From an uncultured Bacilli bacterium (lineage in GTDB: Bacteria; Bacillota_I; Bacilli_A; RF39; UBA660), in NCBI GenBank assembly GCA_944332715.1, contig CALVKN010000003.1, positions 1-61,241 on the forward strand: 61,241 nt of DNA. The letters are read 5' to 3'. The notes beneath the pieces were generated by a model. It did not search any database. It saw only the letters and a list, made by a program, of their open reading frames with translations, and was not told the origin of the DNA. The position numbers and the translations under genes are program-made. Of the stretch, positions 50,600 to 60,849 are shown piece after piece (position 1 is the first letter of the stretch; every line of letters begins with the position of its first letter).

Positions 50600-52213
50600 T
50601 TATTTTCTTAACTTTTTGAATTTGCTTAAAATTCGTTCTCCGAGTAGGTCATTTAGAAGTTTACGATTCATTAAGTAATAAATTGCTGCTAGAGCAAGTC
50701 CAGTGATTGCAAGAGCAATTAGAGTATATATTTTTCTAGTAATATGTACAAATATATATTCTTTAATTAGTAGGGCAATAATAACAAGTATTATTATAGT
50801 AATAAATAATTTGGGAAGAGATTTTAATGTTTGTTTGTAATCAAATTTGTATTTTTTATGAAGGGTTGTAAGAGGTATACATAAAGATAGGGTATAACCA
50901 ATGGCTGATGCTAGAATTGCACCGTAGTATGGTGGAATACCTAAATAGTTAAATAGATACATGAGTGGTAAGTCAAGGATTGTTTTAGTAATAAGGCCAC
51001 AAGCAACAGATGTATAGATAAGTTTAGTTTTACTTAAGCCTTGAAGTGCACTACATATCATGATATAAGCACTATCCATGATAGCAAGTAAAATAGTGAA
51101 TTGAAATATTCTTGGACCATAGAAACTTTCGCCGTAGAATATTGACCAAACTTGCGGTGCAAAGATACTTAAAAATATTGAAAGAGGAAGTATAGCATAG
51201 AGTAATACTTGAATAGTTTTATTAAACTGAGTATTTACTTCCTTCATATCTTTTTTGGTAAACGCCTCAACAATGGAAGGTATTAAACTTATAACTAGAC
51301 CTGTAGCAATTGCTGTTACTACACTTACAAGTTTACTTCCCCAGGTGGTAAAGACACTAGATATTGTTTCAACATCCTGAGCAGGGAATCCTAAATTATT
51401 TAGACCGTTGATAACAAGGATCATATCAACAGTATTATATAGGCTATTAGCAACATTAATGATTATAAAGGGAATACAATAACCAATTAATTTTTTAAAT
51501 ATTTCCTTTTTTTCTTGTTTAGTAACAGTAGCATTAGGAACAAATATTTGATCCTTTACTTTATGCATTTTTAAGAATAAATAAAGGTATGATACCAAAG
51601 CTCCAGCACAAGCTCCGAAGACAGCTATACCAACCGCTTGGGCAGTTGAAAGATTAAATATCTTTAAAGCGGCATAAGAACCAATAACGATAACTAAAAC
51701 GCGTACTAATTGTTCAATTACTTGACCAATTGATGGAGCAGTAATATATCTGTGTCCTTGTAAGTATCCACGGGATATAGAAAGAATTGGAACTACTAAT
51801 ATTGCAAATGATACACAGCGTATTACAAAAGCAACATCACTTACAGTGTTACCACCACTTAAATTGCCTACGATGGAATCAGCAATAAAGTTTGCTCCTA
51901 GAAAGCAAATAAGAAAACATATAATTGAAAAAATAAAAATTATCTTTTTGGCGTATTTAAACATAAATGTTTTTTCTTTTTGTTTACCTAAAGTATTGTA
52001 TTCACTAGTTATTTTACTTATGGCTAGTGGTATTCCAGCGGATGAAATAATTAAAAAGAAATTATAGATGTTATAAGCATAACCATATAAAGATCCACCA
52101 TTTTCACCAATTATGTTGTAAAATGGAATTACATATAAAACTCCAAGGATTTTTGATAAAATGATAGCAATGGTAGCAATTAATGCACCTTCGATAAATT
52201 CATTTTTTTTCAA
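50600..52213 (-). CDS. MOP-superfamily flippase (YtgP/MurJ-like)
   Basis: SKILGVLYVIPF, SAGIPLAISK, RGYLQG, SIGQVIEQLVRV. Confidence 0.85.
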   Translation of the reverse strand: MKKNEFIEGALIATIAIILSKILGVLYVIPFYNIIGENGGSLYGYAYNIYNFFLIISSAGIPLAISKITSEYNTLGKQKEKTFMFKYAKKIIFIFSIICFLICFLGANFIADSIVGNLSGGNTVSDVAFVIRCVSFAILVVPILSISRGYLQGHRYITAPSIGQVIEQLVRVLVIVIGSYAALKIFNLSTAQAVGIAVFGACAGALVSYLYLFLKMHKVKDQIFVPNATVTKQEKKEIFKKLIGYCIPFIIINVANSLYNTVDMILVINGLNNLGFPAQDVETISSVFTTWGSKLVSVVTAIATGLVISLIPSIVEAFTKKDMKEVNTQFNKTIQVLLYAILPLSIFLSIFAPQVWSIFYGESFYGPRIFQFTILLAIMDSAYIMICSALQGLSKTKLIYTSVACGLITKTILDLPLMYLFNYLGIPPYYGAILASAIGYTLSLCIPLTTLHKKYKFDYKQTLKSLPKLFITIIILVIIALLIKEYIFVHITRKIYTLIALAITGLALAAIYYLMNRKLLNDLLGERILSKFKKLRK

Positions 52214-52362
52214 ACTATTTCATCTCCATTAGATATATTATATAAAATTTTTATATTTTATACAAATTATAAGGGGTAAAATTAGAGTAAATAGTGTAAA
52301 ATTTCATAAAATTTCCATTTAAATAGGTATATATTATGATATAATTTATTATGGAGGACCAT

Positions 52363-53064
52363 ATGAAGTTTATTGAATTAAAAAATGTTAATAAAGTTTA
52401 TAAAAATGGTGTTACTGCTTTAGCAGATGTCTCTGTTTCAATTGAAAAGGGAGAATTTGTCTTTGTTATAGGACTTACTGCTAGTGGTAAATCAACTTTT
52501 ATAAAGATGTTATATAGAGAAGAAAAGCCAACAAGTGGTACTGTTATGGTTGGAGGATTAAATGTTGGTAAGATACGTAATGGTAGAGTTTATAAATTAC
52601 GAAGGAAACTAGGTATAGTATTTCAAGATTTTAAATTACTACCTAAACTTACTGTTTATGAAAATGTAGCATTTGCCTTAGAATGTGTTGGTATGAAAGC
52701 AAGTGAAATTAGACCACAAGTAATGAAAGCTCTTGAAAGAGTTGGTTTAAAAGATAAAGCTCGTTCATTTCCTGGAGAATTATCTGGTGGTGAACAACAA
52801 AGAGTTTGTATTGCTAGAGCCATAGTTCATCGACCTAAACTACTTATTTGTGATGAACCAACAGGTAATTTGGACCCTGAAACAAGTAAGGAAATAATGA
52901 AAGTTATCGAAGGAATCAATAAGGATTTAGGTACAACTATTATAATGGCTACTCATGATAAAGATATAGTTAATAGAATGAAGAAAAGAGTTTTATTAAT
53001 TGAACATGGTGTTTTAGCAGGAGATTACGCGAAAGGAAGTTATAAGACACATGAGGGCAATTAG
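52363..53064 (+). CDS. ftsE: Cell division ATP-binding protein FtsE
   Basis: SGKST, VFQDFKLL, LSGGEQQR, DEPTGNLDP; upstream of ftsX. Confidence 0.95.
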   Translation: MKFIELKNVNKVYKNGVTALADVSVSIEKGEFVFVIGLTASGKSTFIKMLYREEKPTSGTVMVGGLNVGKIRNGRVYKLRRKLGIVFQDFKLLPKLTVYENVAFALECVGMKASEIRPQVMKALERVGLKDKARSFPGELSGGEQQRVCIARAIVHRPKLLICDEPTGNLDPETSKEIMKVIEGINKDLGTTIIMATHDKDIVNRMKKRVLLIEHGVLAGDYAKGSYKTHEGN

Positions 53065-53944
53065 GATTTTTGGAAGAAGTATTAGGGATGCTTTTAAAAG
53101 TGTTCTTCGTAATTTTAGTTTAAGCTTTGCATCAATTATGTGTACAACAATTACTTTAATTTTAGTATCTGTTGCTTTAATTTGTGCTGCAAATATTGAT
53201 AATGCTACTAAGTCAATTGAAGATGAACTTAGTATAGTTGTTTATTTGAGTGATACAGTAACAGAGGAAGATATTAATAATATTAAAGCAGATATAAGTA
53301 ATCAGGAAAATGTAGCGGAAGTAACATTTAAAAGTAAAACTGAGTGGAAAGATGAAATGAGTGAATATGATGCTACATTTGAAACGGTTTTAAACTATTT
53401 AGATGAAAACCCTTTAATGGATTCATTTATTGTAAGAGTAAATGATGTGGCTCATTTGGGGGATACTGCTGAATATATTAGTTCAATTAGTAGTGTTGAT
53501 ACTGTTAAATATGGTGAAGGTATGGTGGATAATATCATATCAGCTTTCGATGTAGTTCAAAAAATTGTTGTAGTTATTGTTATTGCATTAATTATTGTAA
53601 CGGCATTCTTAATTAGTAATACAATTAAACTTACAATATTTAGTAGAAGAAGCGCTATTGAAATTATGCGTTTAGTTGGTGCAAGTAATATAACTATTAA
53701 AATACCTTTTATTATTGAAGGCTTAATAATTGGGATAATTGGTGCTGTAATACCTGTTTGTATAACTATTTATGGGTATGTAATACTTTATGGAGCACTA
53801 AATGGTCATGTATTTTCAAATATGATAGTTTTAATAGAACCATATAATTTTGTATTCTGGGTATCACTTATTTTAGTGGCTCTAGGTGCTGTAGTAGGTA
53901 TGCTTGGTAGTGTTAGAGCAGTAAGTAAATATTTGAAAATATAA
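53051..53944 (+). CDS. ftsX: Cell division permease FtsX
   Basis: NPL, ISNTIKLTIFSRR, IMRLVGAS, PFIIEG. Confidence 0.95.
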   Translation: MRAIRIFGRSIRDAFKSVLRNFSLSFASIMCTTITLILVSVALICAANIDNATKSIEDELSIVVYLSDTVTEEDINNIKADISNQENVAEVTFKSKTEWKDEMSEYDATFETVLNYLDENPLMDSFIVRVNDVAHLGDTAEYISSISSVDTVKYGEGMVDNIISAFDVVQKIVVVIVIALIIVTAFLISNTIKLTIFSRRSAIEIMRLVGASNITIKIPFIIEGLIIGIIGAVIPVCITIYGYVILYGALNGHVFSNMIVLIEPYNFVFWVSLILVALGAVVGMLGSVRAVSKYLKI

Positions 53945-53965
53945 TTAAATTGTTAGGTGATTGTG

Positions 53966-55213
53966 ATGAAGATAAAACAATTAGTTGAATATTTTATAAG
54001 ATACATGTTTGTATTTTTAATTCTTAGTATTTATATTTTAGAACCTATGCATGTTTCCGCAGCAAGTTCTAATACTCTGAGAGGCCTTAGAGCAGAATTG
54101 GCAGATTTACAAGCTCAGAAGAGAAAAAATGATTCTCAACAAGCTGCAACAGAAAGTGAAATTAGAGAAAATAATATAGCTATATTAAATGCCCAAGAAG
54201 AAATTGAGGTATCGCAAGAAAAAATAGAAAATGCTAAAGTGTTAATTGCAGAAACAGATGAAAAAATTGCTGAGTTGCATGATCAAACAGAAAAATTAAT
54301 GGCATATTTTCAACTTATGCAAGGTGAAAATGTTTATTTAGAATTTATTACGGAATCTAGCAGCATGACAGATTTGGTAATGCGTAGTGATGCCATTAAT
54401 CAAATTGTTGATTATAATCAAAAAAAATTAGTTGAATTAAAAGATTTAATTGAAGAAAATGAACAATTACAAGTTGATTTAATTAAGTATGAAGAAGAAC
54501 TAGAAGTTAAAATTGCTGATTATGAAGAAAAAATTAGTTCTTTAGAATATGATTTATCTAGTCTCGGAGAAGTCGGTATGGATATTGAAGATGAGATTAG
54601 ATCAAAGGAAGAATTAATTGAAGCATATGAAAATATGGGGTGTGAAGAAGATCAAGACTTAGATGTTTGTGCGAGTATTAATGGTAGTGCAATTTGGTAT
54701 AAGCCGTTGAATAAAGGAAGAATTAGTAGTATATTTGGTGTTAGAACTGACCCTTTTACTGGTAAAAAGAAAGTGCATAAAGCTGTTGATATTGCCGGCA
54801 ATAGCGAAGGAACAAGTGTTTATTCTGTTGGTAATGGTATAGTAGTGGCTACAGTTGATGCAAAGGCTAAGTATAATCGTGGTGAAGGTAAAACTTGTGG
54901 AGGTAATCAAGTATATATTCAAGTTTTAATTGGGGGAGAAAAATATACTGTTCAATATGCTCATTTATTAACGGTAGATGTTAAAGTTGGGGATGTTGTA
55001 AACGTTAATACTGTTATTGGTAAACAAGGTGGAGGAAGCCAAACAAGCCGTTGGGAATCATGTTCTACTGGTTCACACTTGCATTTTGGGGTTGTTGAAG
55101 GATATGTTAAAACAAAATATATGGCAACATATTTTAATAATAATGCTATTGTTCCACCTGGTTTTCCAAATAAAGGTGCATGGTTTTATTCAAGAACCCA
55201 ATGGTTTGCGTGA
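53966..55213 (+). CDS. Coiled-coil + M23 peptidase (murein hydrolase), paralogue 1
   Basis: Signal peptide, long coiled coil, HKAVD and HLHF. Confidence 0.88.
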   Translation: MKIKQLVEYFIRYMFVFLILSIYILEPMHVSAASSNTLRGLRAELADLQAQKRKNDSQQAATESEIRENNIAILNAQEEIEVSQEKIENAKVLIAETDEKIAELHDQTEKLMAYFQLMQGENVYLEFITESSSMTDLVMRSDAINQIVDYNQKKLVELKDLIEENEQLQVDLIKYEEELEVKIADYEEKISSLEYDLSSLGEVGMDIEDEIRSKEELIEAYENMGCEEDQDLDVCASINGSAIWYKPLNKGRISSIFGVRTDPFTGKKKVHKAVDIAGNSEGTSVYSVGNGIVVATVDAKAKYNRGEGKTCGGNQVYIQVLIGGEKYTVQYAHLLTVDVKVGDVVNVNTVIGKQGGGSQTSRWESCSTGSHLHFGVVEGYVKTKYMATYFNNNAIVPPGFPNKGAWFYSRTQWFA

Positions 55214-55258
55214 GTTTAGAGTTCTTTAGTTTTGTGTAAGAATTAAAGGAGTGAAGCA

Positions 55259-56494
55259 ATGAAAAAATTAAGTGAATATTTTATTAGATACATGTTTGTA
55301 TTTATGATATTTGCAATGTATGTTTTGTACCCTATGAGTGTCAGTGCTGCAAGTAATAGTGATACTTTAGCAGGAATGCGGGCAGAACTAGAAGCTTTAT
55401 ATAAAGAAAAGGCTGATGCGGAACATCAACAAGAAATATCGGAAGTCGAAAAGGCTCAAAAGAACCAACAAATAAGTGAAGCATATGCCAAGATAGAAGA
55501 AACCCAAATAAAGGTCGATGAGGCTAAGAAAAGTATTGAAGATTCTAATGAGAAAATTGCTGAATTAGATAAGCAAACTAAGGATTTGATGAGTTATTAT
55601 CAAATATTACAAGGAGATAATTCATACTTAGAATTTATAACTGATTCAAGTAGTATGACAGAGCTCATAATGCGTAGTGATGCTATTGAAATGCTTTCAA
55701 ATTATAATCAAGAAAAATTAGTAGAGTTGGAAAATTTAATTGAAGAAAATGAACAAAAACAAGTTGAGTTATTAGAATATGAAGAAGAATTAAATAATAA
55801 TATTGCTGATTACCAAAGACAACTTGAAGAAATTGATGCTAGCATTATTCAGTTTTCAGATATTTCTATGGATTTAGATGGGGAAATTGATTTGTTAGAA
55901 AATACTATTCAAATTTATGAAGATATGGGATGCACAGAAACAGAAACAATTGATGCTTGTTATGCTCGTTTAAGTAGCCAAGATTATGATTGGTATATTA
56001 ACAATTATGGCTGGTTAAAACCTGTAACTCAAGGAAGAATTTCAAGTAATTTTGGATGGCGTAGTGTTCCTGATCAAAGCGAGTACCATAGTGGTATAGA
56101 TATTGCAGTAAGTGAAGGAACAGAAGTTTATCCAGCAGCTGCCGGACAAGTAATAAAAATGGTTTATGAAGATGACTGTGGCGGAAATCAAATATATATT
56201 CAAGCATTGATTAATGGAGAAGTTTATACATTACAATATGCCCATTTGCTTGAAATGTATGTAAGTGTAGGTGATATTGTTAACGTAAATGATGTTATTG
56301 CTTTATCTGGTGGTTATTCAACAGCATCTAGATATGGCGGATATGATACATGTACAACAGGTGCTCATTTACATTTTGGAGTATCAGTTGGAGCATATAC
56401 TAGTTGGTCTAGTTATACTGCAAATTTGATTGAACCTCCAGGATTTCCAAATAAAGGATCATGGTTTTATTCAAGAACTCAATGGTTTGATTAA
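55259..56494 (+). CDS. Coiled-coil + M23 peptidase (murein hydrolase), paralogue 2
   Basis: Signal peptide, coiled coil, HSGID and HLHF. Confidence 0.88.
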   Translation: MKKLSEYFIRYMFVFMIFAMYVLYPMSVSAASNSDTLAGMRAELEALYKEKADAEHQQEISEVEKAQKNQQISEAYAKIEETQIKVDEAKKSIEDSNEKIAELDKQTKDLMSYYQILQGDNSYLEFITDSSSMTELIMRSDAIEMLSNYNQEKLVELENLIEENEQKQVELLEYEEELNNNIADYQRQLEEIDASIIQFSDISMDLDGEIDLLENTIQIYEDMGCTETETIDACYARLSSQDYDWYINNYGWLKPVTQGRISSNFGWRSVPDQSEYHSGIDIAVSEGTEVYPAAAGQVIKMVYEDDCGGNQIYIQALINGEVYTLQYAHLLEMYVSVGDIVNVNDVIALSGGYSTASRYGGYDTCTTGAHLHFGVSVGAYTSWSSYTANLIEPPGFPNKGSWFYSRTQWFD

Positions 56495-56530
56495 TCTGAT
56501 TTTTATCAGATTTTTTTCTTTGTTGGAATT

Positions 56531-56537
56531 TGTCGAA
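56531..56537 (+). promoter_or_regulatory. Spo0A box
   Basis: TGTCGAA just upstream of the TGTTATAAT -10-like element of 56581. Confidence 0.4.
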
Positions 56538-56580
56538 TTTAATGTTATAATCATAATATAATAAAATAGAGAGGTGACTT

Positions 56581-58572
56581 ATGAAAAGTGATTTTTTTGC
56601 TACAGATGATGTAGGTAATGAAAATAATACTCCAAATGCAAACAATGCAGAAAATGGAGGAGTAATTATTAATTTGGGAAGTACAACTAATGCAGTAGAG
56701 AGTTCTACTAGTAATGTTGATACGCAAAATACGTATTATGGAACTAGTATTAATACTACGCCGGTGCAAAATGAAAATGTTAGTAATGTTGATTCAAGTA
56801 ATACTGTAAATAATTTTAGTGTTGGTAATAATCCAAGTAATGATACATCTGTTGCAAATAGTATTAATATGGGTACTCCGACAAATACAGAAGATAATTT
56901 TAATGCGGGTAGTGTTTTAAATAATGCTAATATTAATCAAGGTGCAAGTAGTACTTTAAATAATAACGAAAAACCTAAAAGAAACAAGAAAATATTTATT
57001 ATAATTGGAATAATTGTGGGAGTTATAATTCTTGCTATTATTGGGGTATTTGTTTATGTAAAATTTAAATTTACTGCTCCAAATTATATTGATGAGAAAG
57101 TAGAAGAATTTTCCACATTTATTGATGAGATGTTTGCAAATAATAATTTGGCTTCTTCCGGAGATAATGTATCAAGTGGAAGTCTTAAAATAAATTCAAA
57201 TATGGATGAATTATCGATGCTTAATGATCTAACACTAGATTTTGATTTTGGATATTCTTCTGTTAGAGAAGTAATGGATTTAAATATTAATTTATTAAAG
57301 AGTGATAATTCTATACTTGATGCTCAAATGTATGTTGATAGTGCAAATATGTATTTAAATAGTGAAGATTTATATGATTCTATATTATATATGCCTTTAG
57401 ATGAAAATCCATTTGTTAATATAAATGCTGAAGATACTATTGATATTAATGCATTGCAAAATACTTTAAAGAATTTTGTTTCATATCTAGGTATTGCTTT
57501 AGAAGAAGCAGAAGTTACTAGTGAAATTAAAGGACTTACTGCCATATATACATATCAAATAAATGATAGTAATAAGGAAGCATTTGCCAATAGATTAGAA
57601 GAATTAATTGAAAATGATACTGATATGGTAGATACTTTAAATATGTTAGGTATAAGTGATACTACGATAGATGCATCAGCAATAGATGATATATTTTTAG
57701 AAATAATAGTTAAAATACCTAGCGGGGATATCGAAAGATTTACTTTTGTTACAACAGATTTAGAAATAGTATTAGATAGTGTAGAAAAAGATGTATATGA
57801 ATTAAAAGTAAATGATGAAGTAATTGATGTAAATGTTAATGGGGATGATGTAACACTTAATTATGAAAATGATAATGGAATTTTGAATGTAACTTATAAT
57901 TTAGTTGATTATACACTTAGTGGTAATTTGAGTACAAATGGTTATGAATATAAGTTTGATATTACTAATACAGATGATAATGGAAAAAATATTGTATTTG
58001 ATTTTAAATCAGAATCAGATGGCATAAGTTTAGTGTTAGATTTGACTACAACTAAGATAAGTGATACAGAATCTAATTTAGTTGGTTCTGTGGAAATTAA
58101 TTCTAATGATATAAATTTAGCATTAGATATTGAAATGAATAATAAAACTGGTAGTGATTTAGTAGAAGAACAAACATTTAACAATGCTGTAAATGTTGAT
58201 ACTTTAACAACTGCAGATCAAAATGAAATAGAAAATAATTTAATGATTGTTCTTGATGAAATAGTACCTGGGGTTATGGATAATGCTAGAATGCAACAAT
58301 TTTTGTTAACAGCTCAAATTAATGCTAGTACAGCTTCAGTTGCTACTTATCCTGGTTCTTGCATAACACTTGAACAATTAGGAAGTGATGGATCCGTTTG
58401 GGGTAAAGTTGAAGTTGATTCAACTGGTGGATATACAATCTCTATTACTGATGGAACGTATATGATATTAAATAAATATGTTTCTTATGGTAGTGAATTA
58501 GCAGAAAGTGATGTTGAATTGTACGATCAATCTAGATTTACAGAACAATATTATACTTGTTTGGTATTATGA
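56581..58572 (+). CDS. Membrane-anchored hypothetical protein (Asn-rich cytoplasmic tail, large acidic ectodomain)
   Basis: Low-complexity N-terminus, single TM IFIIIGIIVGVIILAIIGVFVYV. Confidence 0.75.
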   Translation: MKSDFFATDDVGNENNTPNANNAENGGVIINLGSTTNAVESSTSNVDTQNTYYGTSINTTPVQNENVSNVDSSNTVNNFSVGNNPSNDTSVANSINMGTPTNTEDNFNAGSVLNNANINQGASSTLNNNEKPKRNKKIFIIIGIIVGVIILAIIGVFVYVKFKFTAPNYIDEKVEEFSTFIDEMFANNNLASSGDNVSSGSLKINSNMDELSMLNDLTLDFDFGYSSVREVMDLNINLLKSDNSILDAQMYVDSANMYLNSEDLYDSILYMPLDENPFVNINAEDTIDINALQNTLKNFVSYLGIALEEAEVTSEIKGLTAIYTYQINDSNKEAFANRLEELIENDTDMVDTLNMLGISDTTIDASAIDDIFLEIIVKIPSGDIERFTFVTTDLEIVLDSVEKDVYELKVNDEVIDVNVNGDDVTLNYENDNGILNVTYNLVDYTLSGNLSTNGYEYKFDITNTDDNGKNIVFDFKSESDGISLVLDLTTTKISDTESNLVGSVEINSNDINLALDIEMNNKTGSDLVEEQTFNNAVNVDTLTTADQNEIENNLMIVLDEIVPGVMDNARMQQFLLTAQINASTASVATYPGSCITLEQLGSDGSVWGKVEVDSTGGYTISITDGTYMILNKYVSYGSELAESDVELYDQSRFTEQYYTCLVL

Positions 58573-59063
58573 AAATAGAAAGATTAATTGTTGGACCTTT
58601 AGAAGAAAATTGTTATATAGTAACAATAGATAATAAGTCTATTATTATTGATCCAGGGGATGAAACTGAAAAAATAATTAATGCATGTAAAAATAAAAAA
58701 ATAGTTGGAGTATTAATTACTCATCACCATTTTGATCATGTTGGGGCACTAAAGGCAGTTGAAGATTATTTTAAGATAAAAGAAGGAAATTGCCCTAATA
58801 TCGGTTTTGATGTAATAGGTGTACCAGGACATAGCAATGACTCAGTTATATATTATTTTAAAGATGAAAAGGTTATGTTTGTGGGTGATTTCATATTCTT
58901 AAATAGTATTGGGAGAACTGATTTGCCAACTGGTAGTGATAAAGATATGCAAAGAAGTTTAGAATTAATAAGTAAATATCCTGATGATATAGTACTTTAT
59001 CCAGGGCACGGAGATGCAACTAATTTAGGATATGAAAAAAATAATTTTAAATATTATTATTAA
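58569..59063 (+). CDS. MBL-fold metallohydrolase (glyoxalase II-like)
   Basis: ENCY, DPG, THHHFDHVG, PGHS, GRTD, PGHG. Confidence 0.9.
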   Translation: MKIERLIVGPLEENCYIVTIDNKSIIIDPGDETEKIINACKNKKIVGVLITHHHFDHVGALKAVEDYFKIKEGNCPNIGFDVIGVPGHSNDSVIYYFKDEKVMFVGDFIFLNSIGRTDLPTGSDKDMQRSLELISKYPDDIVLYPGHGDATNLGYEKNNFKYYY

Positions 59064-59121
59064 AGTTATCGATCACTTTTGATACTTAATTGTTCAAAAG
59101 AGGTCGATAACTTGCTTTTTT
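59063..59121 (+). terminator. Long hairpin terminator
   Basis: AAGTTATCGA..CTTTTGA...TCAAAAG..TCGATAACTT followed by T-run. Confidence 0.65.
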
Positions 59122-59152
59122 GAAAAAAACACTGTTAATAATAACAGTATTT

Positions 59153-59512
59153 CTAATATGTTTTATCAGAATAAGCGTGAGAATAAATTATAGGTTCCAT
59201 AAATTCAACATAATTTAGATAAATAATTCTAATTAAATACCATAAATTATTCATTGGGTCTCTGATAATTAAATGATCTTTGCCCGCTTCTTCAATTATT
59301 CCTTCATATACTTTATTTTGCCAAGCGCTACTATCAGGGTAAGAAACATAGGCTTTTATTTTTTGCCCTTTATTAAGTCTTAATATGTTTTCAATATAAC
59401 TTTGTTCTCTAGGTATTGCTCCAGTATTAGGGTCATTTACAGAGATATTTCCTGGTGGTGTTGTGTAGTTATTACTTGGAAATGTTGGATTTTGATAAAA
59501 TTGTCCATTCAT
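59153..59512 (-). CDS. gerQ: Spore coat protein GerQ
   Basis: EQSYIENILRLNKG...GIIEEAGKDHLIIRDP...YLNYVEF; upstream CATATATT resembling a SigE/SigK -10. Confidence 0.9.
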   Translation of the reverse strand: MNGQFYQNPTFPSNNYTTPPGNISVNDPNTGAIPREQSYIENILRLNKGQKIKAYVSYPDSSAWQNKVYEGIIEEAGKDHLIIRDPMNNLWYLIRIIYLNYVEFMEPIIYSHAYSDKTY

Positions 59513-59605
59513 TAAAATAATCACCTCAAAACAATATATGCTTTTAGTGATTAATAATTGCTAAAAATTTTAAGATGTTTTATAATTATTACAATAGGTG
59601 GTTAT

Positions 59606-60484
59606 ATGCTAGATAATATTGATACTAAAAAAACAATTTTTGATGGTGTTTCATTAGTTTTGGGGATATTTTTATATGCTTTATGTTTTAATATGTTTTT
59701 AATACCCAATGATTTAGTAGTATCAGGTTTTAGTGGTGTTGCTATAGTTGTGCAAAGATTATTTGGTTGGTCAGCATCAGCATTTATTTATATAACCAAT
59801 GGTATATTATTGGTGGTTAGTCTTATATTTTTAGGCTGGAAGATAACCAAACGTAATATAGTAGGGTCGGTTATGTACCCTGTTATGATTACAGTTTCAG
59901 AGCCAATTGCAAAATTTTTAAATAGTTATATTATTGGTGATGATTTTTATTTAATACTATTATTTGCAATTATTATGTATGGTGTTAGTAGTGGACTTAT
60001 ATATCGAACTGGGTTTTCTACTGGGGGATCTGATATAATAATGCAGATATTAAATAAGTATTTAAAAATTAGTGAATCAAAATCAATGATTGTTGCAAAC
60101 AGTTTAATTATTTTGGCAAGCATGTTAGTTTTTGGTTTTACTAAAGGTGTTTATTCCTTTATAATCCTTATTTGTTCTACATACTTCATTGATAAATTAA
60201 TGTTTGGTTTATCTGATAGTAAAGTATTTTATATTTATACAAAAAAGGTAAGAAAAATAAAGAAAATAATATTAAATGATTTTCAAACAGGATTTACTAG
60301 TATTCCAAGTCGAGGAGGATACTCTAAAAGAAGAGGGTTTATGATTATGTGTGTTATTTCAAATAGAGATTATTACTTATTTAAACAAAAGATATTAGAG
60401 ATAGATCCTCAAGCATTTATAATTATCAATAGTTGTTATGAAGTTAACGGTGGAGTAAAAAGAAAGACATTACCATTTTTATAA
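59606..60484 (+). CDS. YitT family membrane protein
   Basis: SGFSGVAI, STGGSDI, GGYS, IDPQAF. Confidence 0.9.
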   Translation: MLDNIDTKKTIFDGVSLVLGIFLYALCFNMFLIPNDLVVSGFSGVAIVVQRLFGWSASAFIYITNGILLVVSLIFLGWKITKRNIVGSVMYPVMITVSEPIAKFLNSYIIGDDFYLILLFAIIMYGVSSGLIYRTGFSTGGSDIIMQILNKYLKISESKSMIVANSLIILASMLVFGFTKGVYSFIILICSTYFIDKLMFGLSDSKVFYIYTKKVRKIKKIILNDFQTGFTSIPSRGGYSKRRGFMIMCVISNRDYYLFKQKILEIDPQAFIIINSCYEVNGGVKRKTLPFL

Positions 60485-60736
60485 ATTCAAGTACTTAGTT
60501 ACTTGTTTTTTGTTTTTTTCTATTATAGATTTGGGGTAAGCTTTTCTTTCATCAGTTAATTCTAATAAATAATCAGTTGATGTATTGTAATATTTGGCTA
60601 GTTTTATTAATAACTCAATTGGGAGTTGTCTTTTCCCTATTTCATAAAAACTATATGCAACTTGGGATACATTTAAAATCTTGGCAATATCTGATTGGGT
60701 CAAATCTTTATCTTCTCTTATTTCTCTAATTCTCAT
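60479..60736 (-). CDS. XRE-family HTH transcriptional regulator
   Basis: RIREIREDKDLTQSDIA...SQVAYSFYEIG...STDYLLELTD. Confidence 0.9.
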   Translation of the reverse strand: MRIREIREDKDLTQSDIAKILNVSQVAYSFYEIGKRQLPIELLIKLAKYYNTSTDYLLELTDERKAYPKSIIEKNKKQVTKYLNL

Positions 60737-60764
60737 TTAGAATCACCTAGACATTATTTTAAAA

Positions 60765-60830
60765 TAAAACAATTTGGTGTATTGATTTTTAAAACATATT
60801 GTTTTAAAATGTATATAATAATATGTTTTA
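60765..60830. promoter_or_regulatory. Palindromic operators between the XRE gene and the divergent gene
   Basis: TAAAACA-tat-TGTTTTA at 60790 with degenerate copies at 60765 and 60814. Confidence 0.6.
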
Positions 60831-60849
60831 GAATGGAGAGTATATTTTT

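Noticed and set aside
454-58184. Numerous short antisense or overlapping ORFs in the track (e.g. 454-753, 2991-3323, 14467-14700, 20017-20325, 33699-33992, 44097-44450, 57324-57545)
   Set aside because: Shadows of well-supported genes on the opposite strand or frame; no RBS or recognisable motifs
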